From Tubulanus polymorphus (lineage: Eukaryota; Animalia; Nemertea), in NCBI RefSeq assembly GCF_964204645.1, contig NC_134029.1, forward strand, positions 19,834,950 to 19,898,949: DNA of 64,000 nucleotides. Reading direction: 5' to 3'. The notes beneath the pieces were generated by a model. That model saw only the letters and a list, made by a program, of their open reading frames with translations. It had not been told where the DNA came from and searched no databases. A program made the translations under genes and the position numbers. Below are positions 1-13,425 of this stretch, piece by piece (positions within the stretch are counted from its first letter, which is position 1; every line of letters starts with the position of its first letter).

Positions 1-70
1 GTTGCAGTTATCTTGCGAAAAAAAGAAATCCACTGCTTTATCCATTATTTCAAGACTCCTGCCGACCTAC

Positions 71-3000
71 CAAACTGACACTGCAAACGTCGTCTTCTTC
101 GTACATAGTATCTTCTGGATCTAAAGAAACCGTGAGGCCCTGTAAATAGCGTGTATATATATAATGATAGCAAAAATGCGAATAATTCGATTGCACAGAT
201 GCTGCAAAAGTGAAAATATTGTTTCGTGGCGTAAGATCCTTACAAAGTGGTCCCTCGGTTTAAGTAGTTCCACTTGGACGAAAACGGCGTTTTGTCCTCG
301 CTCCTTATCAGTTTCTGCGTGGTCGTCGTCGTTGTCGGTATTTTCCCAGCTCCGCCCGGTCTTTCTATCCCGCGTTCGCGGATCTTCGCCGTCCGTAAAA
401 ACTAAACGAGATCCTTCTGCTGTATTCGGCCTTGGCGTCGATTGTCGATCAATGTCATCATCATTTGAATCATCCTATGATTATTTCGATTGATTACGAA
501 CTCGTTAACGACGTTGTGTACATTTTCGATTATATTATAACGAAAGCTTCGCCAACACATTTAATTCAAATTAGACTAAAGTGTAGATGTGTTTTCATTT
601 CGACATTTACACAGTCAGATGTACAATATCATTTATGGAAAGGAACGGGATTTACCCGGTGGAAAAATAGATATGTTAGGTACCCTTTAAAATGGTACCT
701 AATTAACCTTCGAGTACTTCAAAGGTAACTCACGCAAGGACCACGGATATTTTCATTTTATGGTAACGTCAAGTACTATTTGCTCTAAGAGTGTAAATTT
801 CGTCAGTAGTGATGACTATCTTAGAGCATTTTCCATATTTCAGTTCAAGATTTTTATCGTGTGGTTTGACCTATGTATTTGAAAATGAACACCTCTCAAC
901 ACGACCATGTTGAATAGGTGAAATATGAGCATATTTACCGGAAATTCTGTTTCTTTTTCATTGTCGATGGCTGTAATCACGGGTAATTGTAATTTCGCAT
1001 CGTCAAGGCTTTTACTGGAGTCACCTAGAAAGATGTGGATGGTTTAACACGAAAATATAAATCAATGGATGAGAGTTATGGAAATAGGAATAATAGAAAA
1101 TACTGTCAAATCCTTACTTTTTATGCTATTTTGTTTGTCGACAAAACCGGGTTGTTTTCGTTTTTGTGAAAGTTTTGGTAATACAGCTTTGAGCTGCTTT
1201 ATCACTTGGCAAGCACCCTAAGAATATTCGATAAGTTTTAGAAGGTAAGAAGTACGATTGTTAATTATTGTTATCTTCACTTCTATTTCACTCACCGATT
1301 TGATCACGTATATCCAGTCGGAATGTCGGCTGTCCTTCACGATAACGACACCGCGTCTGCGTAAAAAGAAGCAGGTGACAAAATTACAATCTCGCGGCAA
1401 CAACCAAAAAATGTTTTCATTCAACTGTATAGATAAACCTGATGATAATTAGCTTAACCAATTCATTCGAGGTCAATGATGATAATGTTTATTTTCCAAA
1501 GAAACAATTTATTAGATCATATTTATGCATATATATAAATGCAAGTATAAAATGCGCCGATACCAAATGAATTGAAGGATCCCAGTGAAGCAAATGCTGT
1601 TGAGATTGGAAATACTTACTTGAAGAAATGGAAAACGCACATGGCTGGTTGACCGAGAAGTTTTTCTATTGGCCAATTTTTCATGAAATCGACAGTGCTG
1701 AAACGAAGTGAAAATGCGTGTGTCATAAATAAGTTAGTCGTTCCTCGATCGTTTGTTTATCGACGGTTTTTTTTCGATCTACCCCAGGAAACGTATATGA
1801 TCCGGTATCGTCTTATCGCTGCCGTTATTCCCGAGAAAAATGGCGAGGAAATCTTTTCGACTGACGCTGATCAATTGAACGTGATTTTGTGTGACGACGC
1901 TAGCCGTTCGCTGGGCATGATGTAGCAGAGCTATCTCCTACGAATCGTAAAAGGAGACATTTGATTAAACGAAATTTACTCTATTCAGCAAAATGAATCG
2001 TTAAAATCTACTAATCGTTTTCGAACAACAATTCTCAAGAAAAAATGCTTATATGTATACATATTAAATGCATATCTTCTTTGTTACTTCTTATGATGAT
2101 TCGCTTTTGATACAGCGTCGACCTTAACGTCCTAGTTTCAGGTCTATTCAGCTCAACTTAATTGTCATTTTCATTGGAATTTAATTATTGAACGCTTATC
2201 AGGTATTTAAGATTAGGTGTCTTTGGTAAGAGACGCTGCAGGTTCGAAAATCGAAACGAGTTAAGAAAGATAGCTAATTCACTATTGTAACGTGTAAGCG
2301 GCGCGCGTAGCTGTGATCAAATATTTAAGTTGCACAAAGGCCTTCTCTCTCGCACACACACAAGCCTACCCCGAACGTCATCCCTTTTCTCAAAACCGAC
2401 ACAGTTCGAATTGTCGGCTCTCCGGTCTTCGGGTTGCGTTCTAAGATTGACACCAGCGCTATTAAGAATGCAAGATATGGACGAAACAATGGCAAGCGAA
2501 ACTATAATTGCGATGCATGATTAAGAATAAATTTTTACAACGGTACCTGTTCCAGCCAGCACGAAATAGAAATTCTCTGCCTTGTGGCCCTGTCTTATGA
2601 TTATCCGATTGGGGGAAACTCTAATGAAAAATAAAATGATGTATCTTGTATTCACGCATTAATGCGTATTGTCTTGAATACATTCTTGAATGGGGTACCC
2701 GCAGTGCTACTGTGGCAATCGAGGATTCCACGTATGGCAGGCGAAGATCCGCCAGGTTCGCTAGTAGGTAGTTGGTCGTCCGCATTTGATTACTTCTACA
2801 TTTCGGTGAAAACTGAATGAATTTTTCTCCTAAATGAATCAATTATTTATGAAAACTATACCGATCTCCAAGTAGAAGAATGGAAGTATCATATATTTGG
2901 TGGATGAGGTGATAATACATGGACTGGGAGTCTAAAATTCCAGTTCAAAGTTCATTGAAAATGACGACGGACTTTCTGCTCGTCAAGCCATCTGGTGGGA

Positions 3001-6000
3001 TTGCTGGTTTTGCGGGTACCCCATTCTTAATGAGAAATTTCGATTATCGTTGATTTACTTTTGGTACCACACGACTTTGCTCAGATTTTCTTGTATGTGT
3101 AGCGGATATTCGGCGAATGAACGAAGATGTTGTAGAGCAAGCATCACCTACAAATGACATCGATTTGACTGAAGTTCTCCACGAGAATTCTGCGATTAAG
3201 GGTATTTCATATTCATTTATGGTACTTACTGACTGTACTTGTTCAGTTGTCCGCGCTCGTGGTGGCAAACTAAGAATATATTTCACGTCATTGCTCAGCG
3301 TTATCTGAGTTAGAAAACATGAATCATAAATAAACATCTATACCATAAATAATAGTAATACGGAATTCAAGATTTTTTCACGTATATCGGTGTACAAGTC
3401 TCACGTTTTTCTCACCTCTTTGTTAGCTCTGAAGTAACTGGCATCGAAAGCCAGTCCCGAATTCTTGACGATTCCACCTTCGTCTGCAACGTTATCTGTT
3501 GTGACGTCATTGAACGTCGGTAAACTGTCCATCAGATTCTTATTAGATGCACTAGAATTTATTCATTATATAATGCACATTTGATATTATATATATTATT
3601 ATTCATTATATATATATATTATTCGACAGACTCTATCTCGAATATAATAATATATATGAATTCATATTTCGGAAATGTTGAAAATGTTGATCATAGGGTA
3701 GTAGATTTCAATCATATACATTTATATCATCAAATATTCATTTAATATAACAATCCTCTAGGCCTTTTACCATTAACGGAACTGAATCATGGGCACTGTA
3801 ACAAGGTAATGGAATACATAATTGTTGTCCTATTAATCGGCATTGTAAGTAGGTAACTGCATTGTACAGTATATAGTGCAATGGCGTACACTAACGCTTT
3901 AATCCGGTTAATTTTGATTTCGACACGTTTTGATTGTAAAATGGATTTTAATAAGATACTAACTTTTTCGTCATTTCTGCCAGCCAGCCTTGTAGTATGA
4001 GTACCATTCGTACGCCATGTCGGAATTTCTCCTTGGCCTGTCGATAGAAAAAACTGTTTAATCAAACTTACGTGAAATAAAGTACTACAACCTGGAATTT
4101 GTGTAATCTGTAAGATTATCGAAATGCGATTCAGACAGATAAAGGCCCGATTCCGCAGTTGTATGTCAGAATTAACTCTGAGTTAAAATCTGTTGATTTG
4201 CAATGCCAAATTCAACTCAGAACTGTGAAACTGAATCCAGGTCGTTATCAAATTGATTTTTCGAGTATTAAAAAAGAAACGCTCGAAATTGTGCATTAGA
4301 TATACGAAAAACAAAAATCCCTGTTGTGCGGTTACGTACAACACCGGGCGGAAATACTGAAAATCGCGGAGTTTCCAACACAAATGGCGAATGCTTTATT
4401 GCCGCTCCTGCTACCAATCCGCACGCTAACGTCGTTCTTTTTGGCCGCGCTAATTCATCGACTGTATTCACGGCGGCCGGCGACACTACCGATACGGCCC
4501 GTCGTTTCTTCATCCCGACCGCGTCACCAACTCGACTCCCGTTCCACGTCCGACCGCCACCATCGCCTGCCCGTTGGGAGAGATACGGTCGAATGGGAGG
4601 TAGCTGATATTTCCGATACGCATCGCTCATCCGCGGCGACCGACTTGGCCGACGACAAGTTTTACTGTCCGTATCCGTTTTATTTCGTTTTGGTCCGGCG
4701 AACGTCACCGATCTGTATTTCATGTAAGCTTTGATTATCGTTTGCGGAAAGTTCGGGGCAATTGTTGCCGTGATTCGACGCGCTGGCGTTCTGCGGCGCT
4801 TATTGGACGAGGCGCCGACAACGCCTGATTGGCAATTCTTATCCATCCTATAAATCCAATGCCGCACGCGATTGTTCTAAGTGCGTTATATTGCGCGCCG
4901 GACACGCACGCTTCATTAGATATCAATTGATTGGAAACAGACGAGCATTACTTCAGATAAATCACCGTCTGATTGATACGCAGACGGATTCAGATCGATG
5001 CGCGTGATATTTCAATCAAGATCGTTCAATACCCAATACTCGTCTTTCATTCATAGAACTCCCCATCCGATATCTCGAATAACGTACCTTCTTTCCTATA
5101 CGCAATGTTTATCGAGAAAAACAATATTGCGCTTGATATTTCGAACAATTAGTTGATTTTTTTTCGAAGATCATTTCATAGTTCTCGAATTTTCATTCAA
5201 TTTCAAAGTAATATATTTTCATATTCTTCTTATTCACGCGCCAATGGTAGAATACTAATAATCTGAATAGATAAAAGCTAATTCAGTAATAAAACGCAGG
5301 TTTTATGATGAGCGTAAAATCCACCACTTCTTTATATAAAGTATACAAACAGACGAATGTTTTGATTCCTTTTTATCGAATGTTTAATTCCTTTTTATGA
5401 TGGCTTTCAATATCCCACTACAGGCGTCCTGAAAAGTTTTATTGCTTCACACGAACCCTAATCATTCCGCGGCCAGTAATGGACAAAACGGTTTCTTATT
5501 CACGACCCTATTCAACTAGACCATTTAGGGTTAACTTCAGGTAAAATTGCAGAACAAATCTTGACACTGGTCATTAAACACGATTGAATTGAAGCAATTT
5601 GTCCGGGTGAATTCTAAGTATAAACAAACACATTTACATCTATGGACCTCTTGGTCGTAAACTTAAATTGCCGTAAAATAAATAACGCACACATGCCATA
5701 AATGCGCTCCCAATTCAACAGTACAATTTCGATTACCTTCTTATTTCTTTCAAAATGCGTGAATATGAATAATTGTATCCACTGACACCCGCAAATGTGG
5801 AAAAGAATCCAACTATCCGGCAACTCAAATATTTTCCCATAAAGCCATCAGTCGTTTCTTCCTCTGCGGGAGTTTAACTGCTCGAGTTTAACGTGAGCAG
5901 GTTCTTAAAAGTAATGTTTCGTAAAAATGGGCATTTAGCACAGACCAGTGGGTCGTTTGAATCTCCTCGGGGGTTACATACAAGACTTTACAAGAATATC

Positions 6001-6572
6001 GACATTTTAATTGCATAATTTAAAGCCGCGTGCGTAATGAACTCGGCAATATTTCTGTTACTGGCACTGCTATTTTTACTTTAAATGGAACTTACGTTAA
6101 AATCGTCTCTAACCGATGGCGTTTTGGCTGGTGATAATTTCATCGAAGTTCTCATGCGTCTGAGAAACTGTAGATTCGTCAAATGTCGTTTCAGACCTTT
6201 CCATTTTCGCGGCTTGCTATTGTTCGTTCCGGCGATCGTGTTCTCTCTTCTGATTCCGCCCTCAGGTTTCACGCTGCAATCCAGTCCCGATATGGAACTG
6301 TTACGCGTCATCAACCGAGGCCTCAAGTGAATTTGGGGGACCGGGGACCGCGGCGATATTTGTCCGTCAGCAACGAGCGCATCTTGCGTGTCATTCCGCG
6401 ACCCTTGCGATACGAGTCGATTGTCGGTTAATTCGGGTAGCACAGTACTGTCATCATATTCCATCGTCTGATTTTCGAATGTTTTCAGCAGTTTCAGTTT
6501 CGACGATCTGCGCTCTGTAAGAGTTCGTTGAGTCATAGAGATCGCTGGGTATTTAAGTTGGTGAATATCCAT
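71..6572 (-). CDS. Cyclic nucleotide-binding domain protein (CNBD2-like), multi-exon, 3' end runs off the window
   Basis: Phase-consistent GT-AG exons (minus): 6572-6096, 4037-3964, 3551-3416, 3304-3230, 3147-3059, 2620-2547, 2458-2370, 1937-1783, 1697-1620, 1356-1296, 1217-1118, 1024-939, 474-244, 139-71. Spliced translation has cNMP-binding motifs IIRQGHKAENFYFVLAG and GMTFGEIALLHHAQRTASV, plus a second degenerate domain (RGVVIVKDSRHSDWIYVIKSGACQV...VQVELLKPRDHFGL). Confidence 0.85.
2688..3026. mobile_element. MITE-like element in CNBD intron
   Basis: Terminal inverted repeat gaatggggtacccgca ... tgcgggtaccccattc, ~340 bp apart, non-coding. Confidence 0.6.
4340..4723 (-). CDS. Candidate alternative first coding exon of the CNBD gene
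   Basis: ATG 4723, 128 open codons (MKYRSVTFAGPKRNK...YQLPPIRPY...), GC-richer than flanks, ends at phase-0 donor GTT|gtacgt, compatible with the phase-0 acceptor at 4037. Confidence 0.45.
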
Positions 6573-7732
6573 TTTCTCACTTTTTAGTCTATTTCCAAGT
6601 CAAGAATTCAATCTATTACATGTATATATACATATATCCCTTTTGATTGATTCTACTTTCATAAGTGCGCATCTTCAAGTACTGATGGTATTTTTGGTCA
6701 TTGCTTTCCTGTGTTTAAACGCCGATTGTCCACATCGTGCACGGTGCAATTTGACAACGTATTTAACTGTTTAAGGTCAGTGATTTTTATGGTGTATAAT
6801 CAAACAGAACCATGCGTGAAAATCACTAAAAGTGACTTTAAGCGAGGAGAAAAATTACGCGATGTCTGTTTTTGAATGCATGAATGATCTTTCAGAGACC
6901 GAAACAACAGATCAAGGCAGGGAACAATACGCACTATAGCGTGACTTTTATTCGTAATTTGGCAACGGTTAAAATGATTGAATAATTGAATGTGCTCATT
7001 ATTCAAACGTCGCAACGTCACTAATAATCAATACAGTCACAGGACAAACAACGGTAATTAGGCTTTTATATACGTTTGAACGCATCCTAGTATATCTATA
7101 CTTATCAATAATTCAACCCTTGGCTAACGTATGATACGTGTAATTATAAGTTTCAATTCGTGAGTTATCAGTTTACGGTAATTCTGAGCGTTTTGTCACG
7201 ATACAAAAATGCTTGCGCAATGTGAAAGGAATACAAGGATCGAACAGGATGAACATTATAAATTTTTATACTATTTTTCCTGGAACCTATATTGATTATC
7301 TCCGGTCTACCTCAGCAATCTGGCTTTCTCTACAACATCGTTACCGGGTACGATTTTTTTCTTTAACTTTATAGTGAGCCATCTCGGGGGTCAATTCTTT
7401 TTACGGCCCTTTTTTCGTATATTCGTACTGATTTTGTCAAATAGACACCTGGGGCTCGAAAGTTGGTTAGACCTAACGAGTAGATAGTTGATATAGTGAC
7501 AATTAGACGTTCATTGTTTTCAATGGTATTTATCCGCTGGTTATTTCTAACCAGGGAGGACCTCCCTGTTCTAACCAACCTTTGAGCAACACTGGTCCCT
7601 GTCCGTTTAATCACAATTCACGCACAACAATTTGTGAAATGGAAATGAATTATCAATCAATTTTCCTTAATTGTCGCAATTCTAAAATGGGTTTCGGTAT
7701 ATTTATCAATCAGCATAATTCATCATATTAAC

Positions 7733-8269
7733 CTGCTGTTTAAAATCGTGTCGCGTTACGTCCGATTCGCTGCTTCTTTCGCAATCCAAAGTCCTCGATG
7801 ATGAGGTGTATCGCCTTTTCACGTTTCTCTTCGTCAGTTCCTCGCACGACGAGGAGTGATGACGCTAAAAAGAAGTGGATAAAGAATTGCCGTTGAAAAC
7901 GTTGACACTATGATTAAAATCCGATTTGAAAAGAAACGAAAGCGCGTATTTCATGATAAACTGTAAAAATGAGTAGCGATACAGAAGACCGGGCCCTGAA
8001 GGGTACATTTATTCACTTATAAGTTCATTTATACAGTTATAAGTTAACATTTGATTAGGAGATCATTTAAGTCAACTGACAACGGCAGCAGCAAAAACTG
8101 CGGAACTGCGTCCGGAAAATCAACAACAACTCCAGATAATTACCTCTTTTAGATGTTTCGGTTTTGTTAGCGATTTCACTATCGAATCCAAGTAGACGGC
8201 TCGTCTGCCCGCCAGTTTGTACGATTGGCCATTGCCGGTTGTTCGGTCGTATTTGCCGGCAGAATCCAT
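7733..8269 (-). CDS. Two-exon candidate upstream alternative N-terminus of the CNBD gene
   Basis: Exon 8269-8144 (MDSAGKYDRTTG...PKHLKE, GAG|gtaatt) and exon 7864-7733 (tttttag|RHHSSSCEE...RHDFKQQ, CAG|gttaat); both end in phase 0. Confidence 0.45.
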
Positions 8270-8670
8270 CTTATAAAATGGAGGTGCGTTACATCCGGAA
8301 AACCGTTTAAATATGACGTGTAGTGGACACTGCCTTTAATTATGCATCATTAATAAGCATACAAACGACGTTGTACATAATCATTATATAATAAATATAT
8401 CACAGCATGCGTGATGAGACAAGCCATGCAATTACCGACGTGACGGATTATCGTGGATTTGGTGACATAATCTTCTAATCCGTTGACGTCATAGTTTCAC
8501 ACTTCTTGATTAAAATCCTTTTAAACTTCTTTGCGTTTGTTCCCTGTGTACGTTAGGGGCCACGAACAGATAAAGACCCCCGAAAATAATGCATTTAAAG
8601 GAATACCAGTTAGCACTATAACAACAGATTATATTTACAACTCAAATATCTCAAATCAAGCCCTTTAAAG

Positions 8671-10403
8671 TTAATGCGTTTTATTAAAGTATCTTTTCGC
8701 TCTCAGTCGTTCGGATCGTCGTCTTGTATCGCGTCCATACTTCTTTTCGGATGGCTCGACTTTGATTTTCTTAAGTGGCGAGACTTTTTCAACCTTTATT
8801 CGTTTTGCCTGAATTGATTATAGAACATTCCAGCATTATCGAAAATTGCGTTCAAACTGCATCGCGCTAAATATTCCTATGAAAGAACTTACGTGTACTT
8901 TGAGATGTTCTTCGCTAGCAACGGGCTCAGCCTTGATGGATTTTTTAGCCGGTTGTTTCTTCCTTTTTGGGGACTTTGCTCGTGATGCTGGGCCTATGAT
9001 TTAAAAAGGCAATTTCTACATTTTGTTTGAAGAATTTTTTCGATCGAAAAAAAATCACGTTTATGGTATTCGATCAAAATTTGAAGTTCGAATAAATTTC
9101 AATGTCTTTTAGTGTTTTTTGGACAAAACTCACGCCCTGAACCCATTGTTCTCGCTTTTCCGTGAAACCAAATTGTTCTTTTATTACTATCGGTCATAGA
9201 GGACATTCCAGGTTGGTTGTAGCACTGCAACCAGTCATCGAATGCAGTCCTTTCTTTAGATCGTTCTACGCAATAACCTTTGCCTTTTCGTAGAGAATAA
9301 CGTTGAGAATATGTATTAAGTAATCAAGTATTGCATTATAACTACTAAAAGATATTCATATAGAGATTCATAAGCGTGAAATTGTCGTAAAATTGAAGTA
9401 CTTACCTAATCGGATTACTTCGTTGGATACCAAGTAACACATACGTAGTAAGTCCGGGCCTTTTTTCTTGATAGCCAGTTCATCCAAGACCGACCTTGCT
9501 TTGGTAAAAGGTGGTATCCCAGCCCTGTACGTACATATAACTTTTAAGATAAAACTCATAACAATCTGAGCAGACGTTGGCAGAAAGTGATACTGTTTAT
9601 AGACCGTACCTGTATAGAATTTCGGCTCGTAGATAGTTACCGATCCCATTGAAATATTTCTGGTTCACGATTGCTTCGCATATCGGTCGATCAAAAACGC
9701 TTGCGTTCACATTAGCCAGCACATTTTTCCTACAGCAGAGATAGATTCAACGGTCAGTTACACCAAGAACAGTAGTGACTGATGTTGGTTACGCTAGGAT
9801 CGAAGAGCGACGGAGATCTGTGGAGACAACCGCTGCCAGGACTGGTGTGAACGGTCAGTTGGTCAGATATAGAATTAGATGATTCTTACGCTCCAACATC
9901 GATAGTTGTTAGAATTGTCATCTAAGAGATTTAAGTATCGTAATCAATTAAGAAAACGTGAAAGTTGTATATATACTATACCTAAAGGCTGTATATTCCT
10001 GAAGCGCACATGGGCCTCTGTCATTAGACCAACTTGATTGTAAATGCCATTTTCCGAAACGGCGAGAATCGACAAAACTCAAAACCATTTTCCCATCTTT
10101 CGTAAAAAAGTTCAAATGAGCATGCTTATGTTTGTCCTTCACCGGAACGAATCTCAGACATCCAGTCATGCCAAAGTGGATCAGTACGTCTAACGAAGTT
10201 GTGTCCGATTTCTTAGCGGTCAACGTAAGCTTCAGTTCTTTTCCTCTCGAACAAGCGCGGACAAAATAATCACCGTTTTTCCAATTCACATCTGGATTGT
10301 TCCAGCTGACTTGTGATTTCGACACTCTGCCGCCGAAAAGACGGTTTCGACATTGCGTATTAACGAGTTGAGCAGCAAGATAAAGGTCCGGTCCTTCTGG
10401 CAT
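8671..10403 (-). CDS. NEIL1: Endonuclease VIII-like 1 DNA glycosylase/AP lyase (~349 aa)
   Basis: Exons 10403-9982, 9729-9610, 9524-9406, 9283-9134, 8993-8893, 8808-8671. N-terminal MPEGP (catalytic Pro2/Glu3), RGKEL, HFGMTG, FVDSRRFGKW, H2TH motif NQKYFNGIGNYLRAEILYR, zincless-finger region WLQCY...RTIWF, basic disordered tail. Confidence 0.95.
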
Positions 10404-10932
10404 TCTCAGTTCTCGCAGTTATTAATTTTTGTCGGCCACAGTTTACATTCAAATTGTTTGGCAGTTTAGCACAGTTGCCAGGTGAACAATGTTTCACGTT
10501 TTGAAGTAAAAACCCCCGCAATATAAAGAACAAACTATAATTGTGCATTTGACTATCAACTCAATTCTGAATCCATGGGCCATTTGCAAAACTAATTTAT
10601 AATGCAGATAAAAATGCCCCATATTGGGTCGAAACGTCAAACTTTCATCTATTTCTTTCGTTATATTGTGGGTCTTTACTTCAAATAGAATTAGACAGTC
10701 ATTTGTCTATGAAAACCAAAATGATACTTCTTTTTAGATGGTTTCTGAAAATAGGCGTATACCACCATATGCGAAACATACTGATAGTCTTTTACTTCAT
10801 ATTCTGGGATTAGACAGTTACTTGAAACTAGAAATCTTTGACATTGTTTCGTATCATGGTTACCGTAACCACCGTAACGTGTACATTAAGACGAAATCAA
10901 AATGGAAGGGAACACATTGAATATCGTTGCAG

Positions 10933-12588
10933 AAACTCTGATATCAGAATTGATACAGGATATTTTGGAGCAAGTGGATGATATTGAGGCACAGGTGAAT
11001 CTAATAAGATACGAATGATTAAGAAATACAACACAATCAAATTCACTATCATCTTAATGAGATTACTCATTCAAATCCGCATCAGTGTCCGTAACCCTTC
11101 AAGGAAAAGTCCACGCCTAACTATAAACTGATACACTTCCACCTGCGCCAATACATGTAACCGTAGTCGGAGCCGTAAGCTGCTAAAAAAAAGATAGGAT
11201 TCAGTCCGGTCATAAATTTTCTTTACGAATGGTTTTGGAAATTAGAATTGAGATTTCATTGTTTTTGTTTTAAGTGTCAGCAAGCACATTCCGAACACCC
11301 ACGATACATCAGCGACGCTAGACGAATGCCGCGGGTAGTTCTAACTCAGAAAACGTCACTGGCCGAAGGTAAAATCTTGCTTCGAGGCGAAACTTCGATA
11401 CAAGATAAAGCAGCATCCAGTCCAGATACGCGAATTCCACGTCGACTGTACGAGGACAGGGACAATGAACGCAAAGATATACCCGTGCCTGCTACTTTAA
11501 CGGGGAATTGTGGAAACCAAAATATGAGTGAATCTGAAAGTAGAAAACACTGTTCGTTTGTAAATGATATACACGATAGTGCTGGGTCTTGTAAACGCAA
11601 TTTGCCCAACTCCGAAGAACAGAACGAAAGAACTGAGGTAGATTCCAATCCCGAAGCTCCTGAAGATCTTACCTGTTATCAAGATGAGGAACAAAATGAA
11701 CAAGTGTCTCGGTTTGACGAAACTAGTCAAACTATTTTCCAAAGAAACGATCACCGTACAGAAAACACGGACAACGTTGCCGACTTGCAAGATGAAACGA
11801 TAGCGAATGAATCGTGTAGTGGTTTTGAAAATGACCCAACTAAGTTGCTACTATTGGAAACGGTTATTGTGGCCGAACACTTGAAAAATGCTGCTCAAGA
11901 TATCGAAGGAAGACTTATCGAAAATGAACCTAACGAAAATAAAATGCCAGCTTTCAGTTCGATTGACGATTCCTCGGAAATAACGGATCATAGAAAGAAA
12001 AACGTTACCAACCAACCTGTAATAGCTCCACTCGAGACTACAGAGTTACTTTCTCAAGAAAAGACACCCGTCGAGCGCGTAGCAATCTTTGAAAATGAGA
12101 TGATATGTCCAGATCATCGATCCAGTCCTCAATGCACAGAAGGATCGTCCGGATGGTTTGTTTACAGTGACGTCACTGAGTCTGAGATGGAACGGCGTCA
12201 CGTGATGGATCTTACGTCTGCCATACGAAACCAACCACGGGATCTTGACGAAAGGCGCGCCTACATCAACGACCTTATCACTATATGGGACCTAACAGGA
12301 GCGGTAAGTAACCGTATATGGACTCGGGACATAATAGCATCCATTTAAAAAAAATCGTTCAGTTTTAACCTGACGCATCTTTTTCTCTAGGACAAACTTA
12401 AACTAGAGGTACTACGCATGCGCCGGTACAACTGCAATTTGCTTATAAAAGCACGTGACCGACGACGTTACGCAAAAGAATATCCGACTATTTTCCACAA
12501 ACTGGGGCGACTCGTGGAATGCGCATGTATACAAGTCCAAAATCTTTTATGTAAATCGACAGAAACATCTGCGGTAATTAATTCGTAA
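10933..12588 (+). CDS. Uncharacterized protein, long acidic low-complexity region plus helical C-terminus; start not resolved (possibly ATG 10738)
   Basis: Phase-consistent exons 10933-10994 (TLISELIQDILEQVDDIEAQ), 11281-12303 (within the 366-aa ORF; GCG|gtaagt), 12391-12588 (DKLKLEVLRMRRYNCNLL...TAA). No family recognised. Confidence 0.65.
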
Positions 12589-13425
12589 AAAATTGTAGAT
12601 ATAATGATGAAATACTAAGCATCACTCTTTCAATGCTTCGTCTTTTGGTTACTTTAGTATGGTGTCTGATTCGGGCCATACTAAAATATCAGAATCAAGG
12701 AGGCGAGAATTCAAAAAGTTTGGTGACCTTTTGGTTTCGCGAGAAAACAACAAAAAGGGGCCAAGGTGAAAATGTTTTTATCGTTCCTCTATCCGCACAG
12801 AACAATTTCTTAGCATGGCCCAAATCAGCCATCATACTTTAGGGATGCCCTATATCTTAGATTCCTTTAAAAGGCTAGTAGGTCCAACATATACGTTACA
12901 ATCATGGAACATTCTCGTATTAAGTTCGGATAATGTATACGTGTAAACCACGGTTTGTCCATTAGACTTAATTTCAAGAAATCATGCGATCCATTTAAAA
13001 TGATGTATTTCTCGAATTGAATTCCACGCACCGAACGCGACGAGCATGTTCTATTGCATTAGTCAGATAAATAAGATAATGCATTCAATAAATCTATAAT
13101 CTGACCACATGAATTTACTGTTTAATATCGACAAATGCGATGAAGCAAAGATAACTTCCATTTTTCTGACTAAAGTTGTGGAAAGCGAATCAGTCTTTCT
13201 TCTTTGATCCTTTCCGGATATTTCAAAAGAAGCACGACAGACAGAGAAAATAGGGGATTACGATGATATATATTCATGTCTAAATCGAATATTCGCATCA
13301 GACTCCGAATTCGAATTGTTCACGTTTTATTAAGCTAAAGATCAAAGTTTCAAGAACAAGAGCACTTACGCAGTAAGTCTGAGATTTTACGACTGTCGTA
13401 TTCGTGTTCTCGAAAACGTGATGCT

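Noticed and set aside
734-870. Extra CNBD exon with good-looking splice signals
   Set aside because: Stops in all three frames; flanking exons already join in phase.
9749-9860. 11-bp direct repeat aacggtcagtt around 90 bp with acacca/tggtgt ends
   Set aside because: Could be a tiny insertion, but too short to distinguish from chance or to classify.
10605-10640. Hammerhead-like ccc-atatt-ggg-tcgaaacgtc near the NEIL1 promoter
   Set aside because: The CUGANGA core is missing; at best a dead Penelope-like trace.
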